A stretch of 64,000 nt of DNA from an uncultured virus (IMG/VR IMGVR_UViG_3300027749_000050) (lineage: Duplodnaviria > Heunggongvirae > Uroviricota > Caudoviricetes), in IMG/VR virus record IMGVR_UViG_3300027749_000050, one strand, 5' to 3'. Positions 8,241-16,051 of this stretch are shown here, piece by piece. Position numbers and translations under genes: made by a program. The notes under the pieces were generated by a model, which did no database searches, was not told where the DNA came from, and saw only the letters and a program-made list of their open reading frames with translations. The first letter of the stretch is position 1. The number at the start of each line of letters is the position of its first letter.

Positions 8241-8472
8241 AAGAATTGTCCTAGGTGAAGGAGAAATCATCGGACACAAACACATTTTAGAGTCTAAAAA
8301 AGACATGAGTTATCAACAAAATGATGATAGCATAACATTTATGTTAGCTGACATGGGTATTCTTACACATGATGAACATGATAAAATGGTATTTCCTAAA
8401 GGAAACTATAAATCATACAATCAAGTGGAGTTTAATCCTTTTGATAACACAGTACAAAGAGTATTTGATTAA
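8227..8472 (+). CDS. small His-motif beta protein, usual partner of DUF6745 proteins
   Basis: LGEGEIIGHKH...LTHDEH...GNY...QVEFNP pattern. Confidence 0.7.
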   Translation: MEKSKRIVLGEGEIIGHKHILESKKDMSYQQNDDSITFMLADMGILTHDEHDKMVFPKGNYKSYNQVEFNPFDNTVQRVFD

Positions 8473-9575
8473 TGAATAAAAGAGACCAAATCCAAAAAGA
8501 TGCTCTCACTATAGCATTAAATAACAAAAGATGTGGGTTGGGAATATCTATGGGTGTTGGTAAAACTCTTATTGGTCTTAATTATATTGACAGTTTACAG
8601 GGGAAGAATATGGAAAAGCTTAGGGTGCTCATTGTAGCACCCAAGCTCTCTATATTTGATAGCTGGACAAATGATGCAGATAAATTTAAGATTGATATAA
8701 CTAACGTAGAGTTTACTACATATTTATCTCTGAACAAATATGATCCACAAGTTTTTGATATAGTGGTTCTTGATGAATGTCATAGTTTACTAGACTCTCA
8801 CTTAAACTTCTTAGGACATTTTACAGGTAGAATATTGGGTTTGACTGGTACTCCTCCTAGATATGAAAATTCAGCAAAAGGTAGAATGGTAACACAATTC
8901 TGTCCAATGAAGTTTAGTTATATTACAGATGATGCCGTAGCAGATGATATTCTAAATGATTATAGAATCATAGTACATAAAATGAGTTTATCAAATAGTA
9001 ACAATCTTCTTATTAAGCTTAAAGATAAAGAATTTTATACATCAGAAACCAAAAATTATAATTATTGGAGTGAACGTGTGTATGAAGCTAATAGTCCTAA
9101 GCAAAGACAGATAACTTCTATTATGAGGATGAGAGCTTTAATGGATTTTAGAACAAAAGAAAACTATGCTAAAAATCTTTTAAATGATATTGATGAAAAG
9201 TGTATACTATTTTGTAACACACAAGATCAAGCAGATAGAACGTGTAGTAATTCCTTCCACTCTAAAAATTCTGAAGCAGACGATAATTTACAGAACTTTA
9301 AAGATGGTGTTATAGAAAAACTATCTTGTGTTATGCAACTCAATGAGGGTGTGAACATACCAGAACTTAGAGCAGGTATAATTATGCATGCATATGGTAA
9401 TGAAAGAAAGAGTAATCAACGTATAGGTAGACTTTTAAGACTTAATCCTAATGAAACAGCTACAGTGCATATACTTTGTTATAAAAACACTGTAGATGAA
9501 AAATGGGTGGAAGAAGCACTTAAAGATCTAGACAATAAAAAAATTAAATACTTTGACGTAGATGAATCACTTTAA
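8472..9575 (+). CDS. SF2 (DExH) helicase
   Basis: MGVGKT, LDECH, GLTGTP, LNEGVNIP and QRIGRLLR motifs. Confidence 0.92.
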   Translation: MNKRDQIQKDALTIALNNKRCGLGISMGVGKTLIGLNYIDSLQGKNMEKLRVLIVAPKLSIFDSWTNDADKFKIDITNVEFTTYLSLNKYDPQVFDIVVLDECHSLLDSHLNFLGHFTGRILGLTGTPPRYENSAKGRMVTQFCPMKFSYITDDAVADDILNDYRIIVHKMSLSNSNNLLIKLKDKEFYTSETKNYNYWSERVYEANSPKQRQITSIMRMRALMDFRTKENYAKNLLNDIDEKCILFCNTQDQADRTCSNSFHSKNSEADDNLQNFKDGVIEKLSCVMQLNEGVNIPELRAGIIMHAYGNERKSNQRIGRLLRLNPNETATVHILCYKNTVDEKWVEEALKDLDNKKIKYFDVDESL

Positions 9576-9954
9576 TGGTAAATATAGAAAAGAAAGAGGA
9601 CTTCTAAAACCAATAACTATAGCTGATATGAAACAATATGAAAAGTTTGTTTCTAATCTAGCAGATGGAACTATTGTAGAATTCTTTTATGAAGAACAAC
9701 ATGATGATGGTACACTACCACAGCTGGCCAAACTTCATGTAATGCTTAAACATTTGTCTACACATATTGGTGAGACAGTGGAGAATATGAAATTATTAGT
9801 AAAAGACAGAGCAGGATTATGTATAGCAAGAGAAGTGTCAGGTAAAGAATACTTTCTAGCCAAATCATTTGCTGACTGTTCTAGGGACGAGTTGTCCCTA
9901 GCAATACAGGCAGCAATAGAAATTGGAGAACAAGTTGGGTTTATTCTTGGATAG
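9562..9954 (+). CDS. NinB/YbcN-like recombination-associated protein
   Basis: QLAKLHVML...K.LVK...SFADCSRDELS..I pattern resembles NinB; adjacent to the helicase. Confidence 0.45.
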   Translation: MNHFNGKYRKERGLLKPITIADMKQYEKFVSNLADGTIVEFFYEEQHDDGTLPQLAKLHVMLKHLSTHIGETVENMKLLVKDRAGLCIAREVSGKEYFLAKSFADCSRDELSLAIQAAIEIGEQVGFILG

Positions 9955-10246
9955 AAGCCATTGCTTCAGCCATGTCAGCTTCATAAGACTCTCCTTGTTC
10001 ATCAGCTTTTTGTTCAACATCACGTAACAAAACAGATAGAGTAGTTAGTGCTACCATCCACTCTTCAGTGAATTCATAAGTATTATCTTTAGATTTAAGT
10101 TCAGCTTGTTTTTTATATTCATCAAGTTGTTCTTGTTTTAAATCTTTAACTAGAAATAAAATAACTTTTTGAATTTGTTGTAAGAATCCTGTGCCTATTC
10201 CTATTTGAATAATAGCATCTTTTTTAATCATTTTTACTTTGTCCAT
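9941..10246 (-). CDS. hypothetical protein (solitary antisense gene)
   Basis: 101-aa ORF filling a gap with no + strand ORF; has its own -7 box upstream. Confidence 0.75.
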   Translation of the reverse strand: MDKVKMIKKDAIIQIGIGTGFLQQIQKVILFLVKDLKQEQLDEYKKQAELKSKDNTYEFTEEWMVALTTLSVLLRDVEQKADEQGESYEADMAEAMASIQE

Positions 10247-10262
10247 AAATAATATTTTGTAA

Positions 10263-10270
10263 CAAATTTA
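10263..10270 (-). promoter_or_regulatory. Bacteroidota -7 promoter box
   Basis: TAAATTTG on the - strand, 16 nt upstream of the ATG at 10246. Confidence 0.5.
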
Positions 10271-10281
10271 ATACACTTTTT

Positions 10282-10998
10282 GTGACAGAACAAATAAATC
10301 TTGAAGAAATAAAACTGAAGCTAGTAGAACGTCTCAAACCGTCAGGCTGGGCTTACAAGCTTAAAGGTTTTGTTCAAAGCTCAGACTTTGATAAAATCTT
10401 ACAAACCTTATATAAACTAAGAGAAGACGGTAAGAGATTTACTCCTCCTCTTAAACAAGTATTTAGGGCATTTGAAGAGTGCCCACACGATAAACTTAAA
10501 GTGATAATAATAGGACAAGATCCATATCCACATTTAGGTGTTGCAGATGGATTAGCATTCTCATGTGGTAATACAGATAAGGCACAACCAAGCCTCAAGA
10601 ACATATTTGAAGCTGTAGAAAAAACAATACACCAAGAATGGCCAACTTATCAAGATCCAAGTCTAGTTAGATGGGCTAACCAGGGTGTACTCTTATTAAA
10701 TTCAGCTCTCACCTGCCAGGTAGATAAAGTAGGAAGCCACTACAATGTATGGAAAGAGTTTATTGCATACATTATGGACATACTTAATTATACAGATTCA
10801 GGACTAATATTTGTCCTAATGGGTAAACAAGCACAAGAACTTGAAAGTATGATTGGTGAACACCATCATATAATTAAAGTGAGTCATCCAGCCTCAGCTG
10901 CTTATACAAAGACAGTGTGGGATTGTGGTGATTTATTCAACGAATGTAACAAAATTATTAACGGACAAAATGGTCCAACATTTAAAATCAATTGGTAA
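10282..10998 (+). CDS. ung: uracil-DNA glycosylase, family 1
   Basis: KVIIIGQDPYP, GLAFS, PSLKNI, WANQGVLLLN and SHPAS motifs. Confidence 0.93.
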   Translation: MTEQINLEEIKLKLVERLKPSGWAYKLKGFVQSSDFDKILQTLYKLREDGKRFTPPLKQVFRAFEECPHDKLKVIIIGQDPYPHLGVADGLAFSCGNTDKAQPSLKNIFEAVEKTIHQEWPTYQDPSLVRWANQGVLLLNSALTCQVDKVGSHYNVWKEFIAYIMDILNYTDSGLIFVLMGKQAQELESMIGEHHHIIKVSHPASAAYTKTVWDCGDLFNECNKIINGQNGPTFKINW

Positions 10999-10999
10999 A

Positions 11000-11317
11000 A
11001 TGGCAATCAACAAAGTAGACTTGACAGTCTCTCAATTAGTAAATGACCTTAATGAAGGTTACACATGGCTTAAGAAAGATGATCTTAGCTATGGATCTAT
11101 AGAAGAAAAGTATGGGGCTAATCCTCAGCAGATATCTGCTATTAGAAAACATCCTGCTCTTAAAAATGCAGAGACTACTTTTACAATCTTTAACATTATA
11201 GACGACACTAAAAAAGAATCACATTCTGATCAAGTAATTGATGTTATGAATAAAACTAAACAAGTAGAAACAATAGAAACTGTTTCTGAAGCAGCCGACA
11301 TCTTTGCCAACCTTTAA
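11000..11317 (+). CDS. hypothetical protein
   Basis: The ATG at 11000, just after the ung stop, is a better start than 10925. Confidence 0.7.
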   Translation: MAINKVDLTVSQLVNDLNEGYTWLKKDDLSYGSIEEKYGANPQQISAIRKHPALKNAETTFTIFNIIDDTKKESHSDQVIDVMNKTKQVETIETVSEAADIFANL

Positions 11318-11333
11318 TCAACCACACTTAGAC

Positions 11334-12671
11334 ATGGCAAGACAATTAAATAGACCTAGTCCATCTCATAGTGCTACATCATTTGCTGTAGGTACACAAG
11401 CTGTAGGTAATGATGGCAGATGGTGGAAAGTAACAGCTAATAATGCAGGTATTCAAAGATGGGTACCAGACCCTAGTGCTGGAAAAACAACACCTGCACA
11501 GCAACCAAGTATACAACAACCAATAACAACAATTAAAAAACCCCTTAACATGGCAAAGGCAACAAAGTCTATCACTAAGAAGACTACTCAAGAAGTGAGA
11601 CAAATTGAAACTTCCTTAATTAACAAGGAAGAAGTATTTAAGATGCTAGCATTAGCAGAAGCTACAGGATTACCATTATTATTAATAGGTGAGCCAGGTG
11701 TAGCAAAGACAAAAACTATTATAGAATATGCTAAGGCATGGTTGAACAAGGATGGTAAGATGACAGCTGAAGATTTTCAAAACAAAATGTACATCTTAGA
11801 GACTGACGAGGGTACTAAAGCATCAGAAATTAAGGGTATGCCTGATTTAGGTAAGTTATTCACTGAGAATATATATGAAGTTAATGCTCCTGTAGCAGAA
11901 GCTGACATTGTAATCATCAACGAGGTGGATAAAGCTAGCTCAGCTATTAGAAATGCTATGTTAGGTGTAATGAACGAGAAGTTCTTGTTTAATGGTAAGA
12001 ATAAAATCCCATGTAAATGGAAATTGTTCATTGCTACATGTAATGAAATACCTAAAGATGAGAAAGACAGTCCGTTCTGGGACAGATTTATGTTGAAGAT
12101 GACTGTAAACAGAGTTTCTGCAGGTGATATGTCTAAGTATTATGCTAAGGGTGCACGTAACTATAAAGAAAGCTTTAAGATTGGTATTCCTAATCAAGCT
12201 GAATTAGACACTGTAGAAATACCTTCTAACAAATTAGATAAGTATTTGGAAGTGGGTTATCAACACAGCTCAGATCGTACTCTAACTTTTGTACCTAAGC
12301 TTACTAAAGCTGTAAGTTATGTATGGGATATTAGTGTAGATAAAGCTCTTGTAAAGACAGCTCAGATTATGATTAATCAAACAGCAGGTTCAGAATTACA
12401 GAACAAGCTAATGAGTCCAGAGATTAAAGCTGTGATGAGTAAGGTGGAAATGCTACACTCTCATAGTAATAATGAGGCTCTTGAGTTAGCTGTAGCTGAA
12501 ATAGAAAGCTTGATTAATACATATGCATCTAGAGGTGTAATGGATACAGGTCAAGTGGAAGAAATAGAATCTACTATGCAGTTTATTCTTCAGAACCATC
12601 CAGCTCGTGCTGACTATCAAACATCAGAAGAATTTGATGAAATGGTTGATTCTGTAGAAAATCCATTTTAA
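11334..12671 (+). CDS. MoxR/RavA-family AAA+ ATPase with N-terminal extension
   Basis: Walker A GEPGVAKT, Walker B IIINEVDK, NAMLGVMNEK, ATCNEIP, FWDRF. Alternative start at 11550. Confidence 0.88.
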   Translation: MARQLNRPSPSHSATSFAVGTQAVGNDGRWWKVTANNAGIQRWVPDPSAGKTTPAQQPSIQQPITTIKKPLNMAKATKSITKKTTQEVRQIETSLINKEEVFKMLALAEATGLPLLLIGEPGVAKTKTIIEYAKAWLNKDGKMTAEDFQNKMYILETDEGTKASEIKGMPDLGKLFTENIYEVNAPVAEADIVIINEVDKASSAIRNAMLGVMNEKFLFNGKNKIPCKWKLFIATCNEIPKDEKDSPFWDRFMLKMTVNRVSAGDMSKYYAKGARNYKESFKIGIPNQAELDTVEIPSNKLDKYLEVGYQHSSDRTLTFVPKLTKAVSYVWDISVDKALVKTAQIMINQTAGSELQNKLMSPEIKAVMSKVEMLHSHSNNEALELAVAEIESLINTYASRGVMDTGQVEEIESTMQFILQNHPARADYQTSEEFDEMVDSVENPF

Positions 12672-12677
12672 TAATTA

Positions 12678-12708
12678 GGGGGTGCTAATATTTAGTACCC
12701 CCAATTTT
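12678..12708 (+). terminator. hairpin/weak terminator between the AAA+ and vWA genes
   Basis: GGGGGTGCTAA/TTAGTACCCCC followed by AATTTT. Confidence 0.6.
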
Positions 12709-12721
12709 AAATAAACTAATT

Positions 12722-14236
12722 ATGGCAAGTCAAAAAAGTTATAAGAATGTATATACCATTCTTGAGAAAGTAAAAAAAGGAGAAATCAAATCCTATTATA
12801 AAGATGATGAAGGTTTATTTGGAAAAATTAACTTTTATAAGAAACCAGATCTTATCAAACCTTATATGCATTATATAGATGAATGGAGGCTTGAGAATAT
12901 TATGGACACTCATATGAAAGATACTAAAGCAGTAAGTGAAAACTATAACAAGTTTGCTAAAACCACTGACTTTAAAAAGATTGATCCAAAACAACAACCT
13001 GATCAACAAGCATTCTATCAAAAGTTTCAGGAGAACTATAGAAAGTTTCCTAAACATATGGCTAAAGACATCTTCAAGATGTATTATAATCCTATAGATA
13101 AGCTTGATTTTGAAGACAGGGACGAGAAGAACCACACTAAGTTTAAATTCTTAGAAAGGGCTAATAATCCTGTAGGTAAGATTATGTCAGAACATAGCAA
13201 TCTAAAGTCTGCTATATATGCACGTAACATTCTATCTTATTTTATCACCCGTATGACTATTATGGATTTTGTAGATCCAAATACATCTGAAGATATTAAA
13301 AACGGATTGAATGGTCAATCTGATTTTGATAATGATGGTGTAGATCAAGCTATGAATGATATGATGGATAGTAAGCAAGGTAAAAGTATGCTAGATGATG
13401 CTATGCAAAAAGCCCAAGATTTGTGTAAACAAATGGATGATGCAATGGACGGAGATGTTCAAGATCAAATGTTTGAGAATGCTAATAAACCAGACGGTGA
13501 TGGAGGAATGGCAGGTAAACTTAGTCCTGACTTCATGAGACAAATAGCAGCCAGACTTGAGAATATCAATCTCTCTATGGGAAGTTTGAAAGAAAAGATT
13601 AAGAAATTACTAGATAAATCTGTTAGTTATTTTAGTGCTAATCAAACCACTGAGTATGAAGACTTGTTTAATAGTGATAACATAGCTGGGCTAGAGGATT
13701 ATGAACTATTACATCCAAAACTCAGAAAGATATTTGCTGAAGATCTGCAAGTAAAAAACACCAAAAAAGTAGGTAAGATTGATCTCTATATAGATGTATC
13801 AGGATCTATGTCTTCTAATTGTGGTGTAAGAAATAGTAATGGAGATAATATAAGTAAAATAGATTTCTGTAAAGCATTTGCTGCCAAACTAAAAGGTATG
13901 GACATGCTTAATGAAATTTATACATTTGATAATAGAGTGAAACATCGTAAGAATGACATCATATCTATATCTATGTTAGATTGTGGTGGTGGTACTACTA
14001 TTGATAATGCTATACAAAGTATAGAAAAGAATGGTGTTAATGCATTAGTAATTACAGATGCTGAAGATAATTGTTCTATTTATTCTGATAAAGCATTCTT
14101 CATTGGTGTAGACGGAGCAAGATTCAATTACTTCAATGAGAATATCATCAAAGAATATGCTACTAAAGGTCAGGCTGTAGTATTTAATGGTGAAGCCATA
14201 CACAAAGTGGATGAGTTCGGAGAGATAGTGAAATAA
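12722..14236 (+). CDS. vWA-domain protein (ViaA-like partner)
   Basis: C-terminal MIDAS DVSGSMS, GGGTT and ITDAED; directly downstream of the MoxR ATPase. Confidence 0.88.
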   Translation: MASQKSYKNVYTILEKVKKGEIKSYYKDDEGLFGKINFYKKPDLIKPYMHYIDEWRLENIMDTHMKDTKAVSENYNKFAKTTDFKKIDPKQQPDQQAFYQKFQENYRKFPKHMAKDIFKMYYNPIDKLDFEDRDEKNHTKFKFLERANNPVGKIMSEHSNLKSAIYARNILSYFITRMTIMDFVDPNTSEDIKNGLNGQSDFDNDGVDQAMNDMMDSKQGKSMLDDAMQKAQDLCKQMDDAMDGDVQDQMFENANKPDGDGGMAGKLSPDFMRQIAARLENINLSMGSLKEKIKKLLDKSVSYFSANQTTEYEDLFNSDNIAGLEDYELLHPKLRKIFAEDLQVKNTKKVGKIDLYIDVSGSMSSNCGVRNSNGDNISKIDFCKAFAAKLKGMDMLNEIYTFDNRVKHRKNDIISISMLDCGGGTTIDNAIQSIEKNGVNALVITDAEDNCSIYSDKAFFIGVDGARFNYFNENIIKEYATKGQAVVFNGEAIHKVDEFGEIVK

Positions 14237-14240
14237 AAAT

Positions 14241-14274
14241 AGGGCCTCTATTAACATAGGGGCCCTTTTTCTTT
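14241..14274. terminator. terminator at a convergent junction
   Basis: AGGGCCTCTAT/ATAGGGGCCCT with a T tract and an upstream A tract. Confidence 0.8.
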
Positions 14275-14315
14275 GTTATTAACAGAAGGGAGTTGTTAAC
14301 AACTATATGAGAGGG

Positions 14316-14507
14316 TTAGCTTTTCTTGCTGTCTAAATAACTTATTACAAATCCAATAGCCACTAATATATTCATACCTATAGAAGCTATTAATTCATAC
14401 ATATCATCATAGATGTTTAGACTTAGATGAATATGTCCAACTATCCAAAATGGTATAGCTAAGTTTTGACTTATCCATACAATTAAATACTTGATAAAAT
14501 ATTTCAT
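14316..14507 (-). CDS. small two-TM membrane protein
   Basis: 63-aa hydrophobic ORF. Confidence 0.7.
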   Translation of the reverse strand: MKYFIKYLIVWISQNLAIPFWIVGHIHLSLNIYDDMYELIASIGMNILVAIGFVISYLDSKKS

Positions 14508-14626
14508 CGTCCTTGTCCTATGTAAGCTTTTGGTCTAGGATTGTGTTTGTTAAATGCTTTTTTAGCACGTCCTTTCTTTCTTTTACCAAATGTTACTTTT
14601 CTAGTGTCTCCTAAAGATTTTGCCAT
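14504..14626 (-). CDS. 40-aa highly basic peptide ending YIGQGR (not in ORF track)
   Basis: MAKSLGDTRKVTFGKRKKGRAKKAFNKHNPRPKAYIGQGR*, ATGA-coupled to 14507 and preceded by a TATATTAT motif. Confidence 0.75.
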   Translation of the reverse strand: MAKSLGDTRKVTFGKRKKGRAKKAFNKHNPRPKAYIGQGR

Positions 14627-14670
14627 TGTTATTATTATAATATATCAAAAATACCTCAAATTACAAAATA

Positions 14671-16050
14671 TTAATAAGTTTCCCCATCTAACACATACCA
14701 TGTTCCAAGTATATTGTTCACTGTAACTATTCCTGCAATTCTTATTTCTTGAAGTTGAGTATTATATCTTTTGTATATAGATGTGCTACTACTACCACCA
14801 TCAAGTTTGAGGGGATGATTTGTATTAGTATTAATAATTGTAATAGATTGCCCTAAAAAATTATTACCTAATGGCATTTTTAGTTTATAGTATTCAGCAT
14901 CATCAGCAACAACATAATATATACCAGCATGAGGAAGTTGAATATTTCCACCATTTAAATCATAAGATGTACCATCTGTTATATTAGTTATAACAGGATA
15001 ACTAGATTTTAAATACCAAAATTCTCCATTTGACAAAAAAGTGTATGTAGAATTTACAGGAATGATGTCTAGGTATCTAATAGTTGATTGTGTTTTTGTA
15101 TTGTATATAGGCAACCATGCATCAAAAGTAGCTGCTGAAGTCCATGAAGTTAAATTTATAAAAAAATCTGAATTATTTATAATTGTTATTTCCTGTCCAT
15201 TATGATCCACTGGATTAGGCCATTCTATAAATGAAGCTTTATCACCAGTATTAGTTTTTACAGTGTATATACCATTTGTTTTAATAGTATATGAAACATT
15301 AGTACCTGCTACAACTAAATCAATATCATATGTAGGTTGTGCTGTAGGAGGAGTGCAATACCATTTGTTTCCTCCACTATCATTATATTTTTTAAATATA
15401 TACATCATATTCCAAGGAATATTTGAGACAGCTTTTTCACTTCCTTGATAAAATGGATAAAATGATTCGGTATCTATTGCAGCTGATAAACCATTACTTG
15501 TATCTTTATTTATAATAACTATCTCATCTCCATCAACAAAACTACTAGGATCTGGAAAAAATATTTTATTAACTGTAGCTGAATAATCAGTTCCTATACT
15601 TACAAAATAAACACCCTTCGTAGATATTGAATAATTTCCATAATTTAAATCTATATTTGTAATTGTAGGAGTAGATCCACCTGGTATATCTACTTGTACA
15701 AGACCAGAACTAACTAATGTTGCTGTAACACCAGCTCCAGTAAAATTTATAGCTCTAGTATCATCTTCTACACTTACTCCTTCATCTAGTACTGCTATAG
15801 GCCCACCTCCTCCACCTGTTGGCATAGCTATTAAGTCACTGTCTGCAACATCATTTTGATACCAATATTTAGCAGGTGTTCCTGCAATAATAAGTGTCAC
15901 TTCTAATCCTTTAAGTCTTACACCTGCAGGTATATAAGCATTAGCAGCAGCTTTAGCAGCAGTTGCATTTGCTCCTGTAAAAGGACCTGCCCATTCATGT
16001 AAGAGAACAGGATTATTTGTTTGTACACTAGCTGGTAATTGAAATGCCAT
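14671..16050 (-). CDS. tail fibre/virion adhesin-like protein with three internal repeats
   Basis: AINFTGAGVTAT fibre-like motif; three G(V/I)YxV...P(D/N/L)...G..I.IIN...W repeats. Confidence 0.65.
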   Translation of the reverse strand: MAFQLPASVQTNNPVLLHEWAGPFTGANATAAKAAANAYIPAGVRLKGLEVTLIIAGTPAKYWYQNDVADSDLIAMPTGGGGGPIAVLDEGVSVEDDTRAINFTGAGVTATLVSSGLVQVDIPGGSTPTITNIDLNYGNYSISTKGVYFVSIGTDYSATVNKIFFPDPSSFVDGDEIVIINKDTSNGLSAAIDTESFYPFYQGSEKAVSNIPWNMMYIFKKYNDSGGNKWYCTPPTAQPTYDIDLVVAGTNVSYTIKTNGIYTVKTNTGDKASFIEWPNPVDHNGQEITIINNSDFFINLTSWTSAATFDAWLPIYNTKTQSTIRYLDIIPVNSTYTFLSNGEFWYLKSSYPVITNITDGTSYDLNGGNIQLPHAGIYYVVADDAEYYKLKMPLGNNFLGQSITIINTNTNHPLKLDGGSSSTSIYKRYNTQLQEIRIAGIVTVNNILGTWYVLDGETY

Positions 16051-16051
16051 A

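Noticed and set aside
10925..11333. ORF-track starts at 10925 and 11304
   Set aside because: These are non-ATG starts overlapping upstream genes; ATGs at 11000 and 11334/11550 fit better.
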